Below, piece after piece: positions 9,001-18,600 of a stretch of DNA of 64,000 bases; positions within the stretch are counted from its first letter, which is position 1; each line of letters starts with the position of its first letter. Source of the DNA: a virus (lineage: Duplodnaviria > Caudoviricetes); IMG/VR virus record IMGVR_UViG_3300022677_000027, positions 32,001 through 96,000 of that record; one strand, written 5' to 3'. Made by a program: the position numbers and the translations under genes. Below the pieces are notes generated by a model. That model did no database searches and had not been told where the DNA came from. It saw only the letters and a list, made by a program, of their open reading frames with translations.

Positions 9001-11747
9001 AATATCATCCCAATGGCTTCTCTTCCATTTTGAGGCTTACTTATTTGTATATCAGATAAAAACCTAGTTTCCCAAACACCATATGAGTTCTGAACAAGCT
9101 CTTTGCAATATCTAGCTTGCTCAAGTGCCTCGTTTCTGTCTACATTCTCAACACTTATATGCCTACCAAGCCCATATTCCTTACCTAACAACATATCATG
9201 TGCTTGCCATATGGGACATCGCGTCCATTGTGTTACATATTCGTATTCTCCCCCGTCAATACTATGTGTTACTTCTTCTCTTATTTCTGGGTCACCTACA
9301 ATACCATATCGCCACTTCTCATTATTAGGATCCCAAAAACAATCATCATAGCTTTGTATGTTACCATCTCCGTCCAGTAATTTAGGCACAAGTACTTTCT
9401 TACCACGTATTTTTGGAATTATTCTAGGCGTTCCGCCGGATAGTTGGTCAGTAGCCATAGCTCTTATTCCAAGAAGAGCCACACCACGGTAGGCAATTTC
9501 GTCATATTGTACAAGGGTAAACCCTTCAACCCTAAGATCAGAGAATTTCCTAAACCCAGCATCGTGGCTTTTTGTTACTCTTTCTATGGTTATTTTATAT
9601 CTATTCTCCTCTAACGCACCAATCCTTATGATTTTTCTTATGGGATTCTTACTTGCTTTGTGTACAACGAACTCTTCTTTAGCCAAAGCCTCAAACCCAG
9701 ATGGAGGATCATCAAAATCAGGTCCAAAATCCCCTGTTATGGACCCATAATCATATATAGATACTGCTGGTGCCCAAGAACCAACCAGCCCTGTATAATT
9801 AGCTCCAGAGCCAGTGTCTGGGTTGCCACCACCTAACCAAGCTCCGTTTTTCCTAAACCAAAGCTTGCCACTATCTGAATCATAGCAGATACCTATAATA
9901 TCCCCAGAAGTATAAGTATAATCATCCCCTATAAATGTAGATGTGCCATTATGGTATATATAACCATTACTTCTGTAACCAAAACTTTCTCCTTCAAAAC
10001 CACTACCATTACCAACAAAGTCACTGACACTTATCCCACGTCTACCAATGCCAACAGAAATACTGTTTGGGTCAGTTAAATCTATATTATTGATTCCAAG
10101 TTCCCAATAATACTTACCACTGCCTTGCGCTATTTGTTGGCTTCCGCCTGATGTCTGCCAACCTACACTCACGCCTTTTATATAGACTTGCAGATTATCT
10201 ATATATACATTGACAGGATGATCAGCCACGGAATCTTTAAGCGTTATTCCCACTATGATTGACTTAGTGTTATTTGCATAGTCTTGACTAAGATCCTCTA
10301 TGTAATTATCCCATATATCCGAGCACTCATACAAATCTCTTTCTGCAACAAGAGTGCCACCAACGAATAGTTGTATAAAGTGCTTACCCGATTCTGTGGC
10401 CTTGCCCCTGAAGTTAAGACGTATCCCTTTTACATCTGAACCAAATCTGAGAGAATTACCAATTTTACCATATTCACCAGAAACTCCAAAAGTAGATGCA
10501 GGAAATGATATTTTATAAGAATGATTATAGCTTACATAGTCTTCAGTGGAATAATTAATAGAATAGTTTCCAGAAACATCTTTACCCCATACATCGCCAT
10601 CTTCAAATTCATCCTTTATGTTCTCATCCCAACGGTCCCCAGAAATTTTGCCTTTTACTGTGGCACCACCCTCTATAACTACCATATTTATATTTGTATA
10701 ATCTTTGTCCCATGTACAGTAGTCATACCACAAATTCATAGTTGGATCCCAATCATTCAACCCCTCATCCCACTCCTGATAATATACTTTCCATGTCAAT
10801 TTAAGAGGTACAGGATCAGCCTCACCAGTTTTTATCTGATATAAATATGGGATTAATAAATGAACCCAAACTTCTTCAACTTCTTGCGTCTGTGGAGTCT
10901 CATATGTGAAAAAATCATCGCCAGACTCTTGATACACAATCCTGGCCCCCCAGGTTTCGTAAAGATATACTTTGTCAAAGTAATCCATTACAGTTTGTGT
11001 ATATGTGCCCGGCCTCCAGTCCCACTCAATAGACCTAAAATTGCCTAACGGTTGGTCATTTATGAGAATATCGGGAATATCACCAAGGCTTTCACAAACG
11101 CCAGTACCATCTTGTTTCATTATGCCTTCTATCTCTCCCCATCCAAGGCATAACAACATGTTTAAGTATGATTTTTCACCATCTGTATCTATATATTGAA
11201 CTATAACCTGCGGAGAAACACGTGTTTCGCCATACACCACAGGGATTCTGCCACCAGTTCCGTATTGTATTTGCCTACCATCCCACCTATATACAGGATC
11301 CTCTGAAGCAGTACCATCGCTAGTTGTGGAAGGAATAGCTATATTGGGCGGCCCCATAATTAAAGACATAGCACCGCTCATCATCATTCCAACACCTATG
11401 GGCACCAAGAACGATAAAACTGTTACTTTCGCCCCAACAGCAGTAATGATTGCACCCACAGCAATAAGTTCAGCACCTGTGCCAATGGCAGTTACAATCT
11501 GCAGATAGTCACCGGGTTCTAATACTGCCAGATGCCATTTCTCCGGAGGGATTCTATCGCCATTTACATATATCTCAATCTTCTTTAGCAGTAAGTCTCT
11601 CTTGATTTTTGGATATAATTTTCCAAATTCACGAACCGCATCCAGTAAAGACATTGGCTTTACCACAGCACGTTCGCGCTCGCCTTGCTCTAGAGATATA
11701 GGATAATATTTAACCTCTACGTTCTTCTTTTGGTCTAAAGTATCCAT
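3087..11747 (-). CDS. Central tail tip/host specificity protein (lambda gpI+gpJ-like), 2886 aa, with SPRY and FN3 domains and a Cys-rich C-terminus
   Basis: Contains GGRIPVVYGETRVSP, LCLGWGEIEG, IAYRGVALLGIR, RGKKV and PNALEVSWDNP. The N-terminus is ubiquitin-like (IYVNG...LEPGD). SPRY segment GKYYWE...GDIIGICYD...WFRKNG. Lies after gpL/gpK-like genes. Confidence 0.9.
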   Translation of the reverse strand: MDTLDQKKNVEVKYYPISLEQGERERAVVKPMSLLDAVREFGKLYPKIKRDLLLKKIEIYVNGDRIPPEKWHLAVLEPGDYLQIVTAIGTGAELIAVGAIITAVGAKVTVLSFLVPIGVGMMMSGAMSLIMGPPNIAIPSTTSDGTASEDPVYRWDGRQIQYGTGGRIPVVYGETRVSPQVIVQYIDTDGEKSYLNMLLCLGWGEIEGIMKQDGTGVCESLGDIPDILINDQPLGNFRSIEWDWRPGTYTQTVMDYFDKVYLYETWGARIVYQESGDDFFTYETPQTQEVEEVWVHLLIPYLYQIKTGEADPVPLKLTWKVYYQEWDEGLNDWDPTMNLWYDYCTWDKDYTNINMVVIEGGATVKGKISGDRWDENIKDEFEDGDVWGKDVSGNYSINYSTEDYVSYNHSYKISFPASTFGVSGEYGKIGNSLRFGSDVKGIRLNFRGKATESGKHFIQLFVGGTLVAERDLYECSDIWDNYIEDLSQDYANNTKSIIVGITLKDSVADHPVNVYIDNLQVYIKGVSVGWQTSGGSQQIAQGSGKYYWELGINNIDLTDPNSISVGIGRRGISVSDFVGNGSGFEGESFGYRSNGYIYHNGTSTFIGDDYTYTSGDIIGICYDSDSGKLWFRKNGAWLGGGNPDTGSGANYTGLVGSWAPAVSIYDYGSITGDFGPDFDDPPSGFEALAKEEFVVHKASKNPIRKIIRIGALEENRYKITIERVTKSHDAGFRKFSDLRVEGFTLVQYDEIAYRGVALLGIRAMATDQLSGGTPRIIPKIRGKKVLVPKLLDGDGNIQSYDDCFWDPNNEKWRYGIVGDPEIREEVTHSIDGGEYEYVTQWTRCPIWQAHDMLLGKEYGLGRHISVENVDRNEALEQARYCKELVQNSYGVWETRFLSDIQISKPQNGREAIGMILSACRGMAFEVEDSIRLLIDKPEDYTFVFNSSNIKEGSFKVAFIPRSELPNALEVSWDNPQANYTLDRIKLISDSEREKGKPQKLDSVQFNGITRYSQVIRDGWFVLLGAMYRSKTISFDSAINAVHCAPGNVVLVQEDMAGWGKGGRVVRATNQSVVIDNPKELKSGKSYGIIILHRNGDMETRNITNSPGTYTELNVDSPWDAQPVGYEIWLCGEKGGEGKLFRITSITRKNINEVSISALEYNPTIYGHFSAAGRVEIPDELPDVHALPGPVENLQLIEETDCVGFTVSFSPPTVGGMIDPAFYQAVVQRSTDQNNWMTEPPLKRGPSQYSVRWCNLTPHETYYVKIWAENKYGASGDPVTDQITLREDSVPPGVVTGLEIEGQGNNTTFLCRDVVFVWNEVSPWHGLEDLGDERLDDRSSTVIRYEVKMYVNEEEVGVYKDIADTRFEYTYEMNVSDNNGVPQPEFTIKVWAIDEIGNRSPYPAELTVNNAPPPSITGLHYNFDGRNLIIGWVATHNPCDHLRYELSINGVLVDLVQSETALTYTYPWEQNVSDNRLVVEGTNTEQKDFHLVDSTKNFNDLNVTAGMRIGNKDSIGWADIKTVVSDHELELTYYYKGANDQIEEGQINLFENPDAGERYQIGGYPDPTINISIVDVDVYWQRSETPTEITAVNNPPAAPTEIFATPMTNSVNFVWPKSLEDDVDAYLYRYKIENESWEPWVLITNTNVTIALSSEMREKYSVDATIHLQVRAKDIFYQLSAITTESDDALSIDEQQFAGEIFKFIASDGYINIATGEEVEERNSENNPVVGGYDIIELYDGRYVEMGDFKGIVYDAIPEEQERWIDYLYPVEHVFSGVILWVDNSPTVDLTLWNEEDDNNRITPDIDSMEISGMTREEDARLYKDYGNDKFNSSFRYIIKVERDSPVSSPNAAYCVLAMFSKDLKDPKTIDDDGDDCIQVFYEDIPDWDSGVVKLVYREMGFLREQYLFVSISTNEDYWLHLVRTGTQDSPGVLRLEIYEEEEADVKLDYAEITLDSMVAWRYITLGSSYNDGTSGTDFTGRISSVGINTDVAQAYVAYSRKTDGTGWKFLKSSGEEVPKLIEAETRQQARDNPVSLYDGPEGNKFLWEPHRQARRVRVYIKSNQAVQVLEYKPNTLVLADEVIAHCLSAITTNLGEVTIGTLGRGTTIGETSTENVERRANEAVQPHSEDPESSGVVVNLATRQITHINTDGVQIRNTSNVARTEMNSLGIQSYDKYDQWRLFICNGHVLAQDFYAFGTAGKWEIDERGLHGGGDDSDYLEDPTKTWQDDQWEGLTICNIDDCSKGEITSNNACCIIASLAGGDENKWDLDDRYCILDEQQPKPVSLQNCDYTYMEKGRIVYHDGGFNKDFPYLNKICAGTAKTCTTIILEGWHEDPSVAVGINQVKTYAAGDPSIEYVIGACFNPGLPKNRYVDEGQHSTVDGYHTLIDSSKNWVHDTFVGRNLCNVTTGAHGVIRANTGTCITASMYDGVPDDNWYIGNCYCIYGPMPSFDSYEVLEVGRGDNPVQSPFLKDTAKSWEIDEHVGHRICNITDESKGIIYCNNDQCICVDLCGGNDNYWDTYDEYVIECFYGKMFTVYGYMMVAEGILPMWGFYENAEGHYVAGRGPEKCINYLDAEGNCNCVWTQPNANTEGVTVRLDLLKYGYGACNKPHPWCAGCICFGICYTLCDNSCSGYEGPFEYQQSTNPECISEKAPVDIDIQFPVAGCWYMYIDVIDTGYWAEGGEREPETDEARYCGFDLLVCFVIGSSIVRACYEHYERLGKFVKLFWTCCENIPDLIPPNTTLKSNRYEYERCDGWCSEYTWHGYRCGKIMFQDSLPGSPICTYDFDTHYDSGHWHWYSECLTTEEFSFPVSTICGSIELNGAPHYMKSIHCLNDVERISTYYCYEEAWDCTHIYFCGLQNCLSAQASLDKDACVNWMALAAR

Positions 11748-12174
11748 ATTGAGCTCTTCTCCAAAAGCCTGTCAGTTTTGATATAATTACTGATTTTCCC
11801 TCCAGAGGATGGATAAATGCATTTCCACCAATATATATCCCAACGTGATTTGGTATTCTGCTATTAGTTCTAAACATTATAGTGTCCAAAAACTTCAGAT
11901 CGCCAACTCTATCGAAATGACTGCCAAAGTGCTCTAGATACAAATTCTTTCTGCTTCTGTACCATCGTTGCTTATAATCTATCCCCCAGACATAATCAGG
12001 TATGATAAAACCATCTGATTGATAGATTATAAGCAACAAACCAAGGCAATCAAGGCCTTTGCCTTGCCTATTAATTTCAGCGACTTCTGAGGGAGTCTGA
12101 GGGATCCTCAGCAGCCTCCCAAGGTGCTTATATTGCACACCACGTAACTTTATTATAGACGACTTAGCCAACAT
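11710..12174 (-). CDS. NlpC/P60 tail assembly protein (lambda gpK-like)
   Basis: GLDCLGLL, NHVGIYIG and FIH catalytic motifs. Start uncertain (ORF 11710..12210). Confidence 0.85.
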   Translation of the reverse strand: MLAKSSIIKLRGVQYKHLGRLLRIPQTPSEVAEINRQGKGLDCLGLLLIIYQSDGFIIPDYVWGIDYKQRWYRSRKNLYLEHFGSHFDRVGDLKFLDTIMFRTNSRIPNHVGIYIGGNAFIHPLEGKSVIISKLTGFWRRAQYGYFRPKEERRG

Positions 12175-13318
12175 AGACTCTGCCCATAGGAATTCCTGGA
12201 AATGCTCCAAAATTTATTGTATTTTCATGAGCCTGGCAACCATTAATGCCATCCTTGGTTTTGTCACAGCTTCCCAACACAGTCCCATCAGCATTCTGTT
12301 GGTAAGCACACTCTTCACCCTTATAGGTGTGTCTACAGAAATCCCTATCAAAGGGCTCAATGGGAATCATTATCTTATGCACAGCATATCTTGGCTTTAA
12401 AACAAAATTCATTGATCCCTTGCTTTCGTCAACAGTAACAGAATCCACAACAAATTGGCATTTCTGAAAGCCATCATAGTTCTCAGAAGGACCACCACGC
12501 CTAAACTCATAAAAGGTGTTTATTATTGTGACAACATACTCAAGGACCTGTTGCTCAGCAACCATGCCCAATATTATCCTATTTCCAATGGGAATGGTTA
12601 TCTGTACACCTTCTATCCTACCATCAGTGCTACTGCGTAAATCAGAAACTTTCATTGGAAATGCAGTATAAACAACTTCTCTGCCTCCAGAAGGGCCTCC
12701 GCTGCCCATGACATAATCAGAAACATCCCAATAAGGAATGTCTTCACTAAAATCTGTAAAATATAAATCCTGATCCTTCACCCATTCCTCTACGTCATCA
12801 ACGTAAACTTCAATTGGCTGATGATCTATATCTCTCTTCAACTCTATCCTAAATTGTACTGTTGCCTTACCAGTGGCCGCACTTATTGGGAGAAAGCTTT
12901 CCAGATAATTACCCCACACATCCCTACAATGAGCCAGATCTCTTTCTACTCTAAGGTCAGAATTAATGTACAACCTAGCATAGCACTGACCTTCGCGATC
13001 ATGGCTACCTTTAAAGTTTATCCGTATACCATTAACAGTGGAATCGATACTAATGGCTTTGGATATATACGCATATGATCCAGCAGACCCAGCCTTATCT
13101 CCATCAAAGGTTATCTTGTACGCCCCATTATATGAAACATAATCATCTGTAGTATGAACCACATTAAAATGACTATTCATCTGCTTAGTCCAATTATCAT
13201 AGTCCATGTCGTCCAAATTGCTCCAATAATAACCAGTCTCAACTTTCAGTAAAGTCACTGGGGTGTTTTCCTCTTTAGATATTTCTTCTTTGTATTCGTC
13301 AGAAACGTAGTACATCAC
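12164..13318 (-). CDS. Minor tail protein (lambda gpL-like) with an inserted beta-sandwich domain
   Basis: YTAFPMKVSD...GRIEGVQITI, and a C-terminal four-Cys motif CRHTYKGEEC...CDKT...GCQAHENTINFGAFPGIP. Confidence 0.85.
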   Translation of the reverse strand: MMYYVSDEYKEEISKEENTPVTLLKVETGYYWSNLDDMDYDNWTKQMNSHFNVVHTTDDYVSYNGAYKITFDGDKAGSAGSYAYISKAISIDSTVNGIRINFKGSHDREGQCYARLYINSDLRVERDLAHCRDVWGNYLESFLPISAATGKATVQFRIELKRDIDHQPIEVYVDDVEEWVKDQDLYFTDFSEDIPYWDVSDYVMGSGGPSGGREVVYTAFPMKVSDLRSSTDGRIEGVQITIPIGNRIILGMVAEQQVLEYVVTIINTFYEFRRGGPSENYDGFQKCQFVVDSVTVDESKGSMNFVLKPRYAVHKIMIPIEPFDRDFCRHTYKGEECAYQQNADGTVLGSCDKTKDGINGCQAHENTINFGAFPGIPMGRVYVG

Positions 13319-13323
13319 ACCTC

Positions 13324-14475
13324 CTATTCAAACCACGATATATGGAGTTCCGGCATGTCTCTCGACACATGTTCATAAGCAGCAGCGAGTCTAGGTTTCC
13401 AAACCTCTCCACCTCCAATAAGTATAATTTGCAAAGCATTACCGGAAGACCATCCTGATCGATTCACTATTTCCTGCACTACATCTGTAATGTCTGGAGA
13501 ATTATAATAATGATCCATTGTCCAGCCTGGCAAATTATTCCAATCTATTTTATTGGAGGTAAGCACAAGATTATCAAACTCCGTTGAATCGGTAGGCGCT
13601 ACAGCATCGTCTACATCATTACCATAGATATCCACATTAACTGTAGTCTGCGTAAAGGTCTGGTGACTTTGAAAACGCAAAATTGCACTTGTAATGGAAG
13701 CTCCCTGGGGGATTGTTACATTTGGAAATCTTATAAACGTCCTCTGGTTTGGATAATATTCACAGATATAGAGTATCTGCTGAGATGCCTCAAAACCACA
13801 GCCGTCTCCATCATACCCATCATCACTACCAGATAATGGCTTAAAGAAGCTGGTCACCAAGGAACCAGCACTCACGGTGGAAGCATGCAATTCTTTAAGA
13901 CTAAGACCAGTTCGATAAACAGTGTATTCGAACAGATCTTTGCTCATCTTGTCTTCTAGAAATCTGACTAGATAATAGAATTCATATGTAGCCGTTATTT
14001 TATCCGACGCTAACGGGCCTACTGTAAATTCAATAGTTCCAGAAGAATAGTCTAAAACATAATCGGCCCCCTCAACGAGCAATATTCCATTCTTATATAT
14101 TTCAACATCTCTAGATGGAGGTGAAAAATCAGCATCCGTTGGTTTTACGATCAATTTTTTGCTAAGAGAGAAGGTAGTATTAAGACCGTTCTTAACACCG
14201 CTTGGCTCTTCGTTCTCTATAAGATAATCATTAAGAAAATCCCTATACAGAAACGGATCGTACTTGCCAGCTCTTTCAATAAAGAACTCCCAGATATCAT
14301 CTGCCTCATCCTGATCTAATAAATTATAATTGAGCTTGAAAGTTCTCAGACCATTAGCCATTTCCTTGCGACGTTGCTCCACACCACTTTCAAAGACAGT
14401 GATCTCTGTACTAAACCCTATAGACTCCACCATACTGTAGTCAGGATTCCAATTAAATACAGGATAGCTAGGCAT
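13324..14475 (-). CDS. Distal tail/DUF2460-like protein 2 with a C-terminal DNRLRE/CBM-like domain
   Basis: TVFESGVEQRR, FFIERAGKYDPFLYRD and YYLVRF. C-terminus FIRFPNVTIPQGASITSAILRF...SPDITDVVQEIVNR...PELHISW. Confidence 0.75.
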   Translation of the reverse strand: MPSYPVFNWNPDYSMVESIGFSTEITVFESGVEQRRKEMANGLRTFKLNYNLLDQDEADDIWEFFIERAGKYDPFLYRDFLNDYLIENEEPSGVKNGLNTTFSLSKKLIVKPTDADFSPPSRDVEIYKNGILLVEGADYVLDYSSGTIEFTVGPLASDKITATYEFYYLVRFLEDKMSKDLFEYTVYRTGLSLKELHASTVSAGSLVTSFFKPLSGSDDGYDGDGCGFEASQQILYICEYYPNQRTFIRFPNVTIPQGASITSAILRFQSHQTFTQTTVNVDIYGNDVDDAVAPTDSTEFDNLVLTSNKIDWNNLPGWTMDHYYNSPDITDVVQEIVNRSGWSSGNALQIILIGGGEVWKPRLAAAYEHVSRDMPELHISWFE

Positions 14476-14477
14476 CT

Positions 14478-15677
14478 TTACCCGCCAGCTCCACCAGCAT
14501 AGGCCGAAAACCCAAATGGCGGAGGGTAAACGAAAGAACCAGAAAATAAGCTAACAGTAGCTTTGCCAATATTGGAAGAATCTTTTGAAAAATGACTAAT
14601 GGCTGGCATGATCGACCCCGTTATACCGCTACATTCGGAAACTGCGTCTCCGGGGTTTCCGGCTCCAAGCCACGTGCCGTTTTTGCCGAACCAAATTCTC
14701 CCGACATCAAGATCAACAGCGACCATTACTACATCTCCAACATCGATGCTGCTGAAGTAAAACAAAACAGACCCATTGCACGCAACAGCTCCACTACTGG
14801 CTCTTATTGAATATTCCCCAGAGCCATTTAGCGCAGAGGAAAGAGATGCTCCTCCATTTGATATGCCAAAATAGTCAAGCTTCATATAGCTTGACTGTTC
14901 ATACTTATACTCCCAATACCACTTCCCAGAATCCCTAGCCATAACACATTTAGATTTGCCATGTGTTCCAGAACCTCCTGGGCTGGTCCCTGTAGTTGTC
15001 AAATTGAAATTTGTTAAGATTATAGATGAGTGAGTATCTGTGGGATCCCACCCTAGTCCTCCTAAATAAAATGGCAGACCAATGCTCAACAATTCTTTAA
15101 TCGCCATATCGCATTTATACATTGTGCCACCAAATAAATCTTTTGTGAGCGTGTCAATATCAAATCTCACCTTATAATAGTATTCATAATCGGCAGTTAT
15201 TGTATCAGTTATAATTGGAGGTGTAATTATATAAAACTCTCCAGTCGCATAGTTCAAATAATAATCAGTACCCTCGGTTAAAAGGCTTCCATTCTTATAC
15301 AGCCTATGATCAGAAACAGGAGGGCTAAAATCACCATCTGCTGGATCAATTATGAATGGTCTTGATGTATAAAAACTATTATTTGAACCATTTTTCGTTC
15401 CAGATAACTCTTCACCCACCACCTTATAATCGTTCAAATAATCTCTATACAAAAAGGCTCCAAACCTACCACATCTTGCTATAAAAAAATCCCATATGGC
15501 ATCCATAACTTCTTTTTCTAATATAGAAAAGCTTATCTTAAAAGTACGTATAAGCCTTTCACGTCTTTTCCTACGACTCTCTACACCGCTCTCAAAGACA
15601 GTCACTTCCGTAGAGGCTTCTATGTCCTCGACAAAACTATATTCAGGAGTCCAGTAAAATACCGGCAAGTAAGCCAT
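14478..15677 (-). CDS. Distal tail/DUF2460-like protein 1 with a C-terminal SPRY domain
   Basis: Directly after the tape measure gene. The N-terminal 200 aa are paralogous to 13324..14475. SPRY segment SGKWYWE...GDVVMVAVDLDVGRIWFGKNG. Confidence 0.75.
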   Translation of the reverse strand: MAYLPVFYWTPEYSFVEDIEASTEVTVFESGVESRRKRRERLIRTFKISFSILEKEVMDAIWDFFIARCGRFGAFLYRDYLNDYKVVGEELSGTKNGSNNSFYTSRPFIIDPADGDFSPPVSDHRLYKNGSLLTEGTDYYLNYATGEFYIITPPIITDTITADYEYYYKVRFDIDTLTKDLFGGTMYKCDMAIKELLSIGLPFYLGGLGWDPTDTHSSIILTNFNLTTTGTSPGGSGTHGKSKCVMARDSGKWYWEYKYEQSSYMKLDYFGISNGGASLSSALNGSGEYSIRASSGAVACNGSVLFYFSSIDVGDVVMVAVDLDVGRIWFGKNGTWLGAGNPGDAVSECSGITGSIMPAISHFSKDSSNIGKATVSLFSGSFVYPPPFGFSAYAGGAGG

Positions 15678-18600
15678 TAACGCCTTCTTTCTAACTTTCT
15701 AGTTACTATTCCGTTTTCCTCTGAGTCTTGATATATGGCACCAAGCGCTATGTCGCTTACAGTTTCGCCATTGGCTTCAAGCAACCGCCTAAAGCTATCA
15801 ACATCATTAGTCTGTATGAAAAAATAATTGTCGCCTCCCCTTTCGCCTTCATCACTTCTTGCTCGGTCACCAGCAGGAACATAATTGACTTGTGGCTTTT
15901 GTTGCACAAAGCCACCATATTGCATCTTGCCCACTTCCTTTTGTTCAAGAGATTTAAAGAAATTCAAACCATAGTGGCGCACAAGGTCCTTGCGAACAAA
16001 ATACTCACCAGGCATTGCCATAATAGGTACAGAATCTACTCCAGGAGTGCCTCCTCTGATTAGACCACTCATCCTAAATGCTTTCGTGGCAGGAACAACA
16101 CCACCCTTTTGCATCTTAGCAAACTTAACCAATTCCTTCTGTACAAAACCACCTTTAGCAGCGCCAACTCCACCAATAGTGCCTTCGCCAAAAGATAACC
16201 CAGAGCCGCCACCTTTCGGAGCAAAATCTCTACTGGCAACTCCAGAAAATGAACTGTCTCCTGATCCAAATAACCCGGTAAGTTTCTGCCATATAAATAG
16301 TACGATTAACCTTGCAACCATCTTGTTTATTTGCTTAACAACCTCATCAGCCAGGTTCCTCCAGGCTTTCTTAGCACGCTCCATTGGACTCTTCATCTTA
16401 TCGAGCTCTCTGTTGTGCTGACGCAATTCTTTATTAAGAGCTTGATATTGATTAATTTCTTGCTCTGTAAGTCCGACTTCTCTCCGTTTTTTACTAAGTT
16501 CGGATAATTCTGACCTAATTCTTCTTATTTCTGATCTAGTCTGAGCTATCTCTTGGTCTGGCCTCTGTATTACGGCCAAAGCCACATCTTCCATTCCGCT
16601 TGCTATTGTTGCACCAATCTTTTGTGCTTCTGCTCCTAGATCTTGAAGACTAAGAACGTTACTCCATACGCCATCAGTTATAGATTTAAACAACCCCTCC
16701 GCAACAGCCTTAGCCTTACCAAAACCCTTTTCTGCCTTAATGCCTAGTTCTAAAATTGCTTGACCCTCATCTCCAAGATCTTTTATCATGCGGTCCCTCA
16801 TAGCCTTAGAATCGGCAACCCTGGCGGCTGCAAGGGCTTTACTCTCCCTCTCCGCTAACTTTGCCCTTAGTTCGTGCGCACGAGCTTCTGTTATCAAATT
16901 TTCGCTTATGGCAGAAGAAATCATTCTCTCCAACTTAATGCGCTTTTGCGCATATTCTGCCTGTGTTCTCATAAAATTCAAAGTAGATATTTCTCCAGCA
17001 GTTTCCAATATTATTGACTTCTCTTCCAGCTTAAGTTGTCTCTCTTTTAACTCTGCTTCTTGTTTAGTTAGCTCTAAGCTATCTTCCCTTGCATCGATAA
17101 TAATCTTATAAAGATCTATAAACGCCTCCAGTCTGTTTTTCTCTATCTCCTGTCTTTCAAGCACTTCTTTGAGCATTTTAAGATTTTTCTCTTTAGTCAA
17201 TATTTCTTTTTCTGTTTCCTTGTTCCCTTCTATTTGATTTTTCTTCAACATTTCTATCGTTTTTGTATATTCAGCAACCAACTCTATGCCAGCTCTTGTC
17301 TCTCTTTCTAGTTCGACTAATCGCTGGCGCTTTTCTTCAACAGCTCTTTCGGCTTCCAAGAGCTCCTTCCTGGCTTCTCTCTCTATCTCTGCCAACTCTT
17401 CATTCGCTGATATGTAATTATCTATATCTGCCGTAACCCCTTCTATAGTCATAGAGATATCTTCAATTTCTCTCCGCCTCTCTATTTCAGCCTCCTCTAC
17501 GAGCGCCTCCCTTTGTGCCTTTGCTCTTTCCTTGGTTATTTCTATTATCTTAGTGTATAGAGACTCTATTTGTTCTTTTCTCTTCTTAACTATATCAACA
17601 TTTTCATAACCCATTGTCTTTTCGCTATCCGTTAAATCCTTGAGAGCTCGATGTCTTTTCTGCATGGCTTGGGTTATACTTTCAGATTCATCTTGATACG
17701 AGCTAGCAATATCCCTAAGTCCGCCAACATCGGGCAATGCAGCTATCCACATATCTCTCAAATCATCCGCAAGTTGACTCATTACAATCTCATGCTTTCT
17801 TGCCAATTCTAGCCTCTCTTCTTCTATATCTCCAATCTTTACCGACGTTTCAAACCACTCTTTAAATGCCTCTACCCTTTTTCTGGCAGAAGAAGAAAGA
17901 CCTTCTTCTATCTCTCCTGTCTTTATATAGGTCATCAATTGTTTTCTTAATTGCTTTACGCCCTCTTCACCAAGTTGCTGTCTCAACTCCTCAAGCGTCA
18001 TAACATCAGAACTAACACTCAAAATAGCATTTAGTTGTTGCAATCTAACTTTTGCTGCAAACATGGCATCTTCATTTATTCTTGTTTGCCTTTTGGCATA
18101 TTCATCCATCACATCCTCTGGAATAAAAGCTTCCTCCATAGCGGCCTTTAATCCTTCAATACCATCTTTCCAGCCATCTATGGCAGCCTCTATTATGTCC
18201 AATATGGCAGCTTTTTGTTCTCCAGTCATTTCTTCAGGATCGCCAAAAAATGGCAATGGGCCTTTTTCTCTAAGAATATCTTCTGCTGTCTCATAAAGCC
18301 CGAGTATATTTTCAGGCAACATAGTAAATGGCTTAGCCTCCATTCTGGTCTCAACAACCATTTCTCTATACTTACTAAGCATACTTGTCATGACTTCTTC
18401 TAGATTAGTAATATCGGCATCCTTACCTATAGATCGCAAATATGCTGTAACATCCTCTGCTAATGTGCGGAACCCTCCGAGCACTTTCTTTGCTTCACCC
18501 CTAGACTTCTCTGCCACTCTTAGATAGGGAGATTCCTTTTCTAGAACTTCTGAGGCCTCTATAATAAAGTTTTTAAGAGCTAACAAATTTTCCTGCAACT

